A stretch of 33,265 bases of DNA, taken from IMG/VR virus record IMGVR_UViG_3300016265_000511, positions 1 through 33,265 of that record, one strand, 5' to 3'. Under the pieces are notes generated by a model. That model ran no database searches. It worked only from the letters and a program-made list of their open reading frames with translations, and was not told the DNA's origin. Shown piece after piece: positions 1-7,788 of this stretch (position 1 is the stretch's first letter; each line of letters starts with the position of its first letter). Position numbers and translations under genes: made by a program. Source of the DNA: a virus (lineage: Duplodnaviria > Caudoviricetes).

Positions 1-21
1 GCGAGACCTTGGGCGTGAAGG
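1..21. repeat. Terminal direct repeat, left copy (assembly overlap marking circularity)
   Basis: GCGAGACCTTGGGCGTGAAGG identical to 33245-33265. Confidence 0.95.
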
Positions 22-863
22 CTTCGTATAAGTTTAACTACGTCGTCAAGACCGGCACAGAGGTCGCAGACCGCATAACCGTGACATGGTACGTCAAACG
101 CATTGCCGCATCTCGGAACTATGCCAATGACGTGGACACGACCGACATCAGCCTCGACCTCAACACCGCTCTGGTCTCGCCCAAGATCACCAAGCGTGGT
201 GATAACATCCTGAAGAGCGAGGTGCGCTACGAGACCTCGAATCAGGAAGACAAGACCGAGATCGTGCGCATCACTAAGGGCGCTCGCGCCTCGCGCTCGA
301 TGAACGTCGAGCCGATCGTGCACAACATCCCCGTGTTCTTGAAAGACTTCGACGAAGATCAGGGACGCTTCGAAGGTTTCAAGCAGACTAATCAGCTATT
401 CTTCCGTGCCAGAGGTATGGGAGCACGTCTCGACAAGACACTCTGTAAAGTCCACGAAGACACTCGCTACTGGTACGGCCCGAAGTCGACGCAGTATATC
501 TCGGTAACATCCACGGCCAGCAACAACCCAGAACAGCAGAAGGACGACACTCAGCAGGCCACAGGCGTGCAGCTGGCAGCCCTGCAGGCCGAAACATCGA
601 TGGCAACGGCACTGACTAAGCTTCACCTGAAAGCATTCTCCGACAACGATAACGCCATCGCCGAGACCGAGTGGGATTATCGCACTTCGTCTCTGGTGAT
701 GTGTGAAGGCCTTGCCGGACGGCACACGCTGACAGGTGATGTGACTAGCACTTTCTCGGCTCTGGCGTGGGACTACGCCCTGCCATCGTCGATCAGTGTG
801 GACTGGGTGGGTGGGGTGTCGAAGGTCAAGTACTATCTTTTCTCACCAACAACGGCTAACTGA
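1..863 (+). CDS. C-terminal part of tail tip/baseplate hub protein (continues from 32284; ~607 aa in total)
   Basis: The frame of ORF 9..863 matches the open frame from ATG 32284 across the overlap (...VCETLGVKASYKF...); position after tape measure and distal-tail-like gene. Confidence 0.75.
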   Translation, partial: ETLGVKASYKFNYVVKTGTEVADRITVTWYVKRIAASRNYANDVDTTDISLDLNTALVSPKITKRGDNILKSEVRYETSNQEDKTEIVRITKGARASRSMNVEPIVHNIPVFLKDFDEDQGRFEGFKQTNQLFFRARGMGARLDKTLCKVHEDTRYWYGPKSTQYISVTSTASNNPEQQKDDTQQATGVQLAALQAETSMATALTKLHLKAFSDNDNAIAETEWDYRTSSLVMCEGLAGRHTLTGDVTSTFSALAWDYALPSSISVDWVGGVSKVKYYLFSPTTAN

Positions 864-865
864 CC

Positions 866-1684
866 ATGCCAATCAACGACCCAATAGGCCGTGCCAAGGT
901 GGCCCCAGGCTCACTGGCTTTCGAGCGCAGGCGATCAGGTGGCACGGTGATGTTTGCCGGCGAGACGGTCGATCCAGCAGGGCCTACATACCAGCAGACG
1001 ATTAACATCTTTTACCAGCCACGGTTCAACATTTACCAGACTGTGCAAGGTGCTAAGCTGGAAGCCCAGCGCATCCTCCGCAACGTCGCCGATGCTGAGC
1101 TCAGGGCCAAGGCCGCAATATCCGACTGGCACAGGGCGCTGGAGTGGGACTCAGACGGGGTCTCGTTTCCGTGGCAGTCCATATCTGGTCTACCAGGGTA
1201 CTTTAACGCAATCCCACTGAACAACGAGGTACTCCGATGCCCTGGAGTATCGTCTACGGCCCCGTGGCGCTGGTACGTACCATCTGATTCGGTAGGCGTG
1301 TGGCATTTCGACATGGCACTCTTTGCTAGGTTTTCCGCTGCGGACAGACTTACACAGGCAAGGCTGGCAGTGTATCGGAATGGCTCGCTGTGGCGGTTAT
1401 TCGACATGACGAACTCGTCTTTTAACGACAAGCAGCACATCGAGGAGTGCTATCTCGACGGTTCCTTCCTACTGCCGATGCAGGCCGGTGACTACGTTCA
1501 ATTTTACCTTGCCCTCATGGACGACGGCAATGGCCCTGGAAGCGGGACACTATCGGGAAACTCGTCGTATTACTGCTATGTTTCAGGACATCGCGTATCT
1601 TGCGAGCCCGTCGGACGTGATGACCATCAAGACTACTACATCCACACGCCTACGACTGGCGTAACCTTCAACAACACGCCATAA
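866..1684 (+). CDS. Tail-associated protein with C1q/TNF-like C-terminal domain (possible receptor-binding protein)
   Basis: GVWHFDMAL...LAVYRNG...GSFLLPMQAGDYVQFY resembles the C1q G-x-Y/W-x-F...NG...L.L..GD.V pattern; end of tail module. Confidence 0.55.
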   Translation: MPINDPIGRAKVAPGSLAFERRRSGGTVMFAGETVDPAGPTYQQTINIFYQPRFNIYQTVQGAKLEAQRILRNVADAELRAKAAISDWHRALEWDSDGVSFPWQSISGLPGYFNAIPLNNEVLRCPGVSSTAPWRWYVPSDSVGVWHFDMALFARFSAADRLTQARLAVYRNGSLWRLFDMTNSSFNDKQHIEECYLDGSFLLPMQAGDYVQFYLALMDDGNGPGSGTLSGNSSYYCYVSGHRVSCEPVGRDDHQDYYIHTPTTGVTFNNTP

Positions 1685-1696
1685 CCAAGGAAGACT

Positions 1697-2236
1697 ATGA
1701 GCTGCATCCCATCTACGCCAGTCGTGCCCGCACTGCTGAGCGATTCCACCACCGATTATGGCTGGCAACCGCTAGGTGCTGGCCTGATTACTACGGCTCT
1801 GAGCCGGTACTACCCACTGTTTGCAGGTGTGGTCGTCTTCGCAAACGTCATGCAGACAACGCGCCAGCATGGCATCGTTCGTCAGTTTGAGTTCGAGGAG
1901 ACGGCTTCGAGCTCGGCAAACATTAAGAAAACCCCTTTGATCGTGCTGCTGTACTCAGGTCAGGCCCCGACAACGCCCGTCTCTGGTGCTGTTTACAACG
2001 GCTCAACGACCAACCTGATCGGCAGTATCCAGATCACTGAAAACGATTATAAGCGCATCAGCGACACCGTCTGGATAGCTACGGTCAATCCTGATCTGTA
2101 CATTCGCACGATCAACCAGTCATCGGCAAGCATCATCAACTGCGTGGTGCTGAGTGATTCATCGTCGAGTGTGACCTACGCCGCAGATGCCGCCGGTCGC
2201 ATCCGTATCACTACACAGATGGGGACAGCGCTCTAA
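1697..2236 (+). CDS. Hypothetical virion-associated protein
   Basis: 179 aa, beta-strand-like and Ser/Thr-rich; AAGGAAG upstream; follows tail tip genes. Confidence 0.6.
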   Translation: MSCIPSTPVVPALLSDSTTDYGWQPLGAGLITTALSRYYPLFAGVVVFANVMQTTRQHGIVRQFEFEETASSSANIKKTPLIVLLYSGQAPTTPVSGAVYNGSTTNLIGSIQITENDYKRISDTVWIATVNPDLYIRTINQSSASIINCVVLSDSSSSVTYAADAAGRIRITTQMGTAL

Positions 2237-2406
2237 TGCTTGACCCAAAGACCATCCACATCCGGCTGATCATGGCCCTGTCTGATGCTATTGCCATCGA
2301 GCAAACGCCAGTGCGCAAGCATGAGATGATACACATGATGCGTATGCTGCAGGAGCGGTATAAGCCCAAAGATGTAGTCATCGAAACTAAGGTCACTTCG
2401 ACCTGA
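2236..2406 (+). CDS. Small hypothetical protein (56 aa, MLDPKTIHIRL...), not in ORF track
   Basis: TAATG overlap with the upstream stop; open to TGA 2404-2406. Confidence 0.55.
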   Translation: MLDPKTIHIRLIMALSDAIAIEQTPVRKHEMIHMMRMLQERYKPKDVVIETKVTST

Positions 2407-2517
2407 CTCGCAAGCTCGTCCTTGCAAATCGGGGATCTGATTCCTAATTTTCAAGGTTCGCGAACCTGATCTCGGCAAGCCTCTGGCAATGCTAGGCTCA
2501 AACTGCTGAGACAACTT

Positions 2518-2552
2518 ATCCCCATACGACACCCCTCCGTATGGGGATTTTT
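2518..2552 (+). terminator. Rho-independent terminator ending the late operon
   Basis: ATCCCCATACG-acacccctc-CGTATGGGGAT perfect 11-bp stem followed by TTTT. Confidence 0.8.
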
Positions 2553-2590
2553 GTATCTTCGCACCACAAAGAACAAGTAACGCCGTTCTT

Positions 2591-2631
2591 AAGCCCCGTA
2601 GGTTTGATGCACCTGCGGGGCTTGTTTGTTT
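2591..2631 (+). terminator. Second terminator-like hairpin
   Basis: AAGCCCCGTAGGT-ttgatgc-ACCTGCGGGGCTT 13-bp stem with one G:U, then GTTTGTTT. Confidence 0.7.
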
Positions 2632-2659
2632 ATGGGGAAAATTTTAGTAATCCAAGGTG

Positions 2660-2687
2660 TTGACAGTATTCCCTAAACTGTTATGTT
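2660..2687 (+). promoter_or_regulatory. Sigma70-like early promoter
   Basis: TTGACA (2660-2665), 16-bp spacer, extended -10 TGnTATGTT (TATGTT 2682-2687), AT-rich upstream; precedes the first early gene. Confidence 0.75.
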
Positions 2688-2738
2688 TGTGAAGTGACGC
2701 GAACGCGACGCACCCACCACTAACTTTCGGAGGACGAT

Positions 2739-2930
2739 ATGACAGACCTAGAGTATAAAATGGAAACTGCTTGGAAATTTGCCCAGCTTAATGACGAGCA
2801 GTTCGATGAGGCAAACAAGCAAATTAGCGACCTCATCAAAAGCGGCAAGGCAAGCAAAGCGGTGTTTGATTTTTTGGTTGTGCTAATTATTGCCCGAGAC
2901 CGTTGGAAATATGAGCAAGGCCTGAATTAA
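2739..2930 (+). CDS. Small early hypothetical protein
   Basis: 63 aa; strong SD TCGGAGGA 4 nt before ATG. Confidence 0.75.
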   Translation: MTDLEYKMETAWKFAQLNDEQFDEANKQISDLIKSGKASKAVFDFLVVLIIARDRWKYEQGLN

Positions 2931-2991
2931 GACTTACGGGGAGCAGCATCCGCACAACTGCACTACCACCACCAGACTTTCGGAGGATACC

Positions 2992-3144
2992 ATGAGCATC
3001 AAGACCCACAGCGTCTACATCATCGCCATCGACGGCACGCGCATCCACGGCACGGATGCCAGTTACAGTAAGGCAATCGCAAAAGCCAAGGCCGCCTGCG
3101 ACAGGTACAATGCCGTCATCAAGTCAAAGCGAGGTGGCAAGTGA
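2992..3144 (+). CDS. Small early hypothetical protein (50 aa, MSIKTHSVYII...), not in ORF track
   Basis: TCGGAGGA-N4-ATG; stop overlaps GTG start of the next gene (GTGA). Confidence 0.75.
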   Translation: MSIKTHSVYIIAIDGTRIHGTDASYSKAIAKAKAACDRYNAVIKSKRGGK

Positions 3145-3776
3145 GTGCCATCCTGCCCATCATCGTCGCTTCGCATAAGCCATACCAAGAGCGCCGGTCT
3201 ATGCCGGTGCTGGAGGCCTCGGTCGATCAGTACGGGCAAGGTGCGAAGCTGGAGTCCTACTACAGGCCTGGACGCAACTTTGGCGAAGCCTACAACGAGG
3301 CCGTGCGAATGGCCTTCGAAGAATACCCAGACACCGACCGATTCATCATCGCTAATGACGACATCGTCCTGCGCCCTGACACGCTCGAGCTGCTCAATGC
3401 CGACCGCATCTGGCTCGAAGAGCGTGGTATCGAGTGGGGCCACATCGCCTGCAGATTTGACCGCGGCGCCCGCACCCTGCAGAATCTGACACGTAACCCC
3501 TTCGAGGCCGAGCCTGCCGTGTTCTTTGAGCGCTGGATTGCACCAGTCTGCTCGATGATTCACCGCAAACGCTGGATAGACTTCCCGCCGATCAACTGGG
3601 GAAGCGACGTCATCCAGTGCCATGATATGACGGCTGCAGGCTACCGCATAGCTGTAAGCCGTGCCTACGTCCACCACGTCGGTGGCATCACCTGCGGGCT
3701 CTATGCACTGGCAGACCGCGAAGAGTCGCAGGCATGGGTGCGCCAAAATCGGCCCGAACTGCTTAACTTGATCTAA
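3141..3776 (+). CDS. GT-A fold (GT2-like) glycosyltransferase, early
   Basis: NFGEAYNEAV...FIIANDDIVL (DXD-type motif), later WGSD and AYVHHVGG, typical of GT2. Confidence 0.75.
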   Translation: MSAILPIIVASHKPYQERRSMPVLEASVDQYGQGAKLESYYRPGRNFGEAYNEAVRMAFEEYPDTDRFIIANDDIVLRPDTLELLNADRIWLEERGIEWGHIACRFDRGARTLQNLTRNPFEAEPAVFFERWIAPVCSMIHRKRWIDFPPINWGSDVIQCHDMTAAGYRIAVSRAYVHHVGGITCGLYALADREESQAWVRQNRPELLNLI

Positions 3777-3805
3777 CCACCACTTTTTTACAATCGGAGG
3801 ACACT

Positions 3806-4033
3806 ATGTTCATCGGAATCGACTGTCGCACCAAGCGCGACGAAAACGGCGAAGTATGGGTGCGGTTTGCGCCCGTCATCAAGGATGCTGACAAGCATCA
3901 ACGCACGAAGGCCGCCGGCCTGATCATCGGCATCATCTCGATGATCACTCTGCTGGTTATCGGTATGTGCGCCACAGACCTGCCTCATGAGAACATCATC
4001 GACGTCACGCCTAAGTATGGGGTGATGCCATGA
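3806..4033 (+). CDS. Small membrane protein
   Basis: Hydrophobic stretch GLIIGIISMITLLVIGM; TCGGAGGA SD. Confidence 0.7.
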   Translation: MFIGIDCRTKRDENGEVWVRFAPVIKDADKHQRTKAAGLIIGIISMITLLVIGMCATDLPHENIIDVTPKYGVMP

Positions 4034-4872
4034 TAGAGCAAAACTTCGACGGCCTATACCGCTACGACGACCGTGGCGAGCGTTTCTACGCCCGTGTGAA
4101 GGATGACAAGGTCATCTGGTATCCGAGTGTGACTCGGATCATCAAGGCCACCTCACCGACGCCGCAGGGCCTGATGGCATGGACAGCCAAGCACGGCATA
4201 GCTGATGCCAACAAACTCCGTGACGAAGCAGCGGAACGCGGCACGCAGATGCACATCCTCATCGAGGAGTATTTGACCACCGGCACGCTTGCCCTCGATG
4301 GCCTGCCAGAGTTTCATCAGAAGGCGCTTGCCAGCTTCGCGCAGTTCTGCCGTGACCATGACGTGCAGCCGGTGCATACGGAGAAGGTGCTGTATTCCGA
4401 TGAGTACCAGTACGCAGGAGCCTGTGACCTGATCTGCACGATGATGTGGAAGAAACTCCGCATCCGTGCCATGATCGACTTTAAGAGCGGAACGTACCTA
4501 TATGACGACTACGCTGTGCAGCTTGGTATGTACTGGCACGCCGCCGAGGAGCACGGTCACATCATCGACCGCGTGTTCAACTGGTCACCGAAGGACTGGC
4601 GCAAGGAGCCGACCTACACGCTGACCGATCAGTCAGAGGACTCCGCCAGCGCACGTACCGAGCAGATCGAGCCTCGTTGCCAGCTGTTCCGTGCTCAGAA
4701 CGACTACAAGCCGAAGGCCCGCATGGTCATCACCGGCACTTTGCCGGACGAGGTGAAGATTCGCACGGTCGACCCTGACGAGGTCATCATCAACGCATAC
4801 AACAACACCGCCACCAGCTCCATAACATACGAATCACCCGGTACTGCGGGCCCGTCCTCCGAGCCTGCATAA
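4030..4872 (+). CDS. PD-(D/E)XK exonuclease, phage Cas4/MGME1-like
   Basis: YPSVTRII, RGTQMH, EKVLYS, YAGACDLI, IDFKSG, QLGMY motifs. Confidence 0.85.
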   Translation: MIEQNFDGLYRYDDRGERFYARVKDDKVIWYPSVTRIIKATSPTPQGLMAWTAKHGIADANKLRDEAAERGTQMHILIEEYLTTGTLALDGLPEFHQKALASFAQFCRDHDVQPVHTEKVLYSDEYQYAGACDLICTMMWKKLRIRAMIDFKSGTYLYDDYAVQLGMYWHAAEEHGHIIDRVFNWSPKDWRKEPTYTLTDQSEDSASARTEQIEPRCQLFRAQNDYKPKARMVITGTLPDEVKIRTVDPDEVIINAYNNTATSSITYESPGTAGPSSEPA

Positions 4873-4920
4873 GTCCTCGCCTGTCGCCCGTGGTGGGGAC
4901 GGCAGGCGGGGCATCTTTTT
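4873..4920 (+). terminator. Rho-independent terminator after the exonuclease
   Basis: GC-rich stem (CGCCTGTCG...CGGCAGGCG) followed by ATCTTTTT. Confidence 0.75.
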
Positions 4921-4935
4921 CGAGAAGTTTGAGGG

Positions 4936-5002
4936 TATAATGTCGAGATTTCCAAGGGTAAAACCCTTGAAAATCCATAGTCAGAGTTTCAATTTTCAAG
5001 GT
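4936..5002 (+). promoter_or_regulatory. TATAAT box plus inverted repeat (candidate promoter/operator)
   Basis: TATAAT 4936-4941; GATTTcCAAGGGT-AAA-ACCCTTGaAAATC 4947-4975; AATTTTCAAGGT 4991-5002; no clear -35. Confidence 0.45.
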
Positions 5003-5029
5003 CATTAAGATCTACGCAGGGGTTATAAC

Positions 5030-5641
5030 ATGAGAACAAACGGACATATGGATATTATTCCAGAGGGCAATAAAATGGCATTGGCGTTAGATAGAATGTT
5101 TAGATACCGAAACTCAGCAAGGATTTCACATCGGGATGCTGCAGATATGATTTACAAATTGGTATCAAAAGGTTGGTTTCAGCTAGTTCATTATCAATAC
5201 GATCCATTGCCTAGCGAATTGGCTGAGATGTACATTCAAAAGCACGGCACATGGGATCATCAAGGAGGACATACAAGAGGTCACAACAATTTAGGTATGA
5301 GATGGGCTATGCAAATGGAACTCGAAGGCCATACAGTAATGCTCGGAGACAGCCCTGATATCAGTGGCGAACTTGATTTACCTGCAGAAACTAATGGCCC
5401 AAATGGCGAAGTCCTTCCACCTTTGAAAACCCGTATTTGTGGCGATGTTGGTCAGTGTTCGCTATGGCCTGCATTTATGCTTTCGGGTTGCTTCATGAGT
5501 CGTGGCAATCTTTGGATTAGTGTTTTTCCAGGAGAGGAATATATTCTAGAGGCTCAAGACACAATACAGAAAGCTTTCAATAGACAGATAGAGACTTGTT
5601 TTGAAGCGGTCACCATGCCGCACAATACCCAACATCCCTAA
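5030..5641 (+). CDS. AT-richer inserted hypothetical protein (moron-like)
   Basis: 203-aa ORF with visibly more A/T-ending codons than its neighbours; own upstream signals. Confidence 0.65.
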   Translation: MRTNGHMDIIPEGNKMALALDRMFRYRNSARISHRDAADMIYKLVSKGWFQLVHYQYDPLPSELAEMYIQKHGTWDHQGGHTRGHNNLGMRWAMQMELEGHTVMLGDSPDISGELDLPAETNGPNGEVLPPLKTRICGDVGQCSLWPAFMLSGCFMSRGNLWISVFPGEEYILEAQDTIQKAFNRQIETCFEAVTMPHNTQHP

Positions 5642-5660
5642 CTCTCAAGGAGTAACTGCT

Positions 5661-6320
5661 ATGGGATTCATTCAATCAACACCCCTGCAAGGGGCCACAT
5701 ATTTCACCATCAGCGGCGGTAAGTGCCGCATCCGTCTCAAGGAGCCGCAGGAAGGTTGCATCACCCGCGTAACCAAGGACGGCAACACCGTCCATGAGTT
5801 CGTGCATGACAGCTTTGTGGGGCATCTGCAGAGCGGATCGGTCGTCGACACGGACTACGGCAAGCAGTGGAAGCTGGTCTTCGGCGATGCCAAGAATATC
5901 TACGTGCTGAGCCTGAAGTACACATCAGGGTATGCCAAGACGCTTATCATGGCCCTGTGCAATCCGAAGTTTGACCCACAGATGCCGGTGACGCTCAAGC
6001 CCTACAGCTTCGAGCCGAAGGATCGCCCAGGGAAGACTGTCATCGGAACGACAGTCATGCAGTTCGACCAGAAGCTCGAGCGCCCTTACTGCTCGCCGCG
6101 TGACCCTGAGCCAGCAGGACGTCAGGTGTTGCCTGACCTCGAGGTCATGCAGGTGCGTGGTGAGACCATCTACGACGACACCAAGCAGCTGGAGTTTATC
6201 AAGGCCGAGTTTGACACTCGCGTTCTGGCACGCCTGAATAACAGCGCGGCCGTTATTAACCCACCAACAAGCACCGTCGATGCCGTGGAGGCAGAGGATG
6301 ACGGTAGCGTGCCGTTTTGA
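5661..6320 (+). CDS. Single-stranded DNA-binding-like protein
   Basis: Acidic C-terminal tail EAEDDGSVPF; near the exonuclease; AAGGAG SD favours ATG 5661. Confidence 0.65.
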   Translation: MGFIQSTPLQGATYFTISGGKCRIRLKEPQEGCITRVTKDGNTVHEFVHDSFVGHLQSGSVVDTDYGKQWKLVFGDAKNIYVLSLKYTSGYAKTLIMALCNPKFDPQMPVTLKPYSFEPKDRPGKTVIGTTVMQFDQKLERPYCSPRDPEPAGRQVLPDLEVMQVRGETIYDDTKQLEFIKAEFDTRVLARLNNSAAVINPPTSTVDAVEAEDDGSVPF

Positions 6321-6335
6321 TGGGAGGAGCCACCT

Positions 6336-6518
6336 ATGACCACCAATACCAAACTAGACATCTACGAGCGTGGAAACCGTCACAACGAAGTGAAGGTCCA
6401 CCTTGATGATACGGATTATCAGTTCGTGCTCAAGGAAGCCATGTCGACCCGCCGACGTGTCGGCACAGTCGTGCGTGAAATCGTCGAAGCACAGATCGCG
6501 GAGCTGCGCGATGCTTAA
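6336..6518 (+). CDS. Ribbon-helix-helix DNA-binding protein
   Basis: VKVHLDDTDYQFVLKEA...VGTVVREIV pattern; GGAGGAG SD. Confidence 0.55.
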   Translation: MTTNTKLDIYERGNRHNEVKVHLDDTDYQFVLKEAMSTRRRVGTVVREIVEAQIAELRDA

Positions 6519-6783
6519 TCAAATCCTAGGCAAACTAGGTTTGCCCAAGCGCACAGAAATCAACACCAACCAGACTCCGGCCCTGCGACGTATCGCGGGG
6601 CTGGAGGATGAGCTGGAAAACTTGAACGATCAGCAGGCGGATGTCTTGGCCGCGCTGCAGCACCTCGAGAACTATGTCAAGGAACTCGAGAAGGCCGTTA
6701 TCCAGATGCGCATGATCCTCGACGACATGCAGCCGAAGCCGGTCAAGCCAGCACGTAAGTCAACCCGAAAGGCCAAGCCATGA
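6511..6783 (+). CDS. Coiled-coil hypothetical protein
   Basis: Heptad-like IAGLEDELENLNDQ...; ATG 6511 overlaps the previous gene. Confidence 0.65.
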   Translation: MLNQILGKLGLPKRTEINTNQTPALRRIAGLEDELENLNDQQADVLAALQHLENYVKELEKAVIQMRMILDDMQPKPVKPARKSTRKAKP

Positions 6784-7007
6784 AACGCTATAACCTGCTG
6801 GACGGCGAGTCCTACGGCAAGAAGTATCAGATGGTCGAGGAGCGAGATGGCGATTGGGTGTGGTATGAAGACGTCGAAGATGTCCTCGAAGCTTTGCAAG
6901 ACGCCATTGCGCTCTATGGCAAGTTCGGCGCAATAGTCAATGACCCGTACAATGCGGGCGAATGGATCACCAAGGCACAAGATGCCGTAAGGAGGGCAAC
7001 GGAATGA
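6780..7007 (+). CDS. Hypothetical phage protein
   Basis: ATGA overlap; MKRY...DGDWVWYEDVE pattern seen in small phage proteins. Confidence 0.65.
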   Translation: MKRYNLLDGESYGKKYQMVEERDGDWVWYEDVEDVLEALQDAIALYGKFGAIVNDPYNAGEWITKAQDAVRRATE

Positions 7008-7183
7008 AAAACGACATGGAATCACAGATCGAGCCGCCGACGCTGACGAAGCTGGAGTACTTCGCTCTGATAATCGGTGCAAACCTAGACGGTTATCCGA
7101 GCACATGGGCAGACAGAGCGATCGAACGTGCGCAGAAACTTATTGCCGAACTGGACAAGATGCAAGGGGTTAGCCATGAGTAA
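7004..7183 (+). CDS. Hypothetical phage protein (LTKLEYFA type)
   Basis: AAGGAGG SD, ATGA overlap; LTKxEYFA...A..LIAEL pattern. Confidence 0.65.
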   Translation: MKNDMESQIEPPTLTKLEYFALIIGANLDGYPSTWADRAIERAQKLIAELDKMQGVSHE

Positions 7184-7475
7184 GCACACACCAGGGCCGT
7201 GGGAGTATTCGGCAGATTGGTCAGAATACTACTCGGCACATAAGCATTTTAGTCTTGACGCAGGCGATACCAACATTATCAGCGGTTGCGGATGTTGTGG
7301 TTCGCCGACGATCAGTAGTGAAGCCGATGCTCGGCTTATTGCGGCTGCGCCGGACTTGCTGGAGGCGTGCAATCTCGCATTGAATGCTTTAAAGGATAAT
7401 GATTGGAATGAAGCCGACGGCGTGTTCATCGCGCTTCGCGCCGCTATCGCCAAGGCGGAAGGAGAGCAATCATGA
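7176..7475 (+). CDS. Hypothetical phage protein, HTPGPW...ARLIAAAPDLL family
   Basis: KHTPGPW and ADARLIAAAPDLLEAC motifs. Confidence 0.75.
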   Translation: MSKHTPGPWEYSADWSEYYSAHKHFSLDAGDTNIISGCGCCGSPTISSEADARLIAAAPDLLEACNLALNALKDNDWNEADGVFIALRAAIAKAEGEQS

Positions 7476-7642
7476 CTTCCTCCGAAACCACACATCACAA
7501 CCAGATCAACGTCCGCGTTACCAATGCGCAGTTCGTCGCCGTCATGCGCCTGGCTATCGAGGCTGACATGAAACCTTCGACATACGTGCGCATGATGCTG
7601 GAGAAGGCCTATCCTGAAGTCTTTGGGGAGCAGAAGCCATGA
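7472..7642 (+). CDS. Second ribbon-helix-helix protein (56 aa), not in ORF track
   Basis: INVRVTNAQFVAVMRLAIEADMKPSTYVRMML; AAGGAG SD; ATGA overlaps at both ends. Confidence 0.6.
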   Translation: MTSSETTHHNQINVRVTNAQFVAVMRLAIEADMKPSTYVRMMLEKAYPEVFGEQKP

Positions 7643-7788
7643 CCTGCGCCACCTGTCAGAACTGTATCACGACCGCAAGTAGCATCAGCCGCACGATGTC
7701 GGTCGATCTATATCACTGCATGATTCACGACTTGCCTGTTGAGCCAACGGATTACTGCGAGGACTGGCGTGAAAAACTGGAAGCGTGA
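7639..7788 (+). CDS. Small Cys-rich metal-binding protein (49 aa), not in ORF track
   Basis: MTCATCQNC...YHC...DYCEDW; ATGA overlap. Confidence 0.6.
   Translation: MTCATCQNCITTASSISRTMSVDLYHCMIHDLPVEPTDYCEDWREKLEA

Noticed and set aside
2450-2470. GGTTCG as a tRNA T-loop
   Set aside because: Continues as the palindrome GCGAACC, not GAATCC; no cloverleaf found
4030-4872. Cas4-like nuclease as part of a CRISPR system
   Set aside because: No repeat-spacer array or other cas genes seen; it lacks the four-Cys cluster pattern and sits in a recombination/replication context
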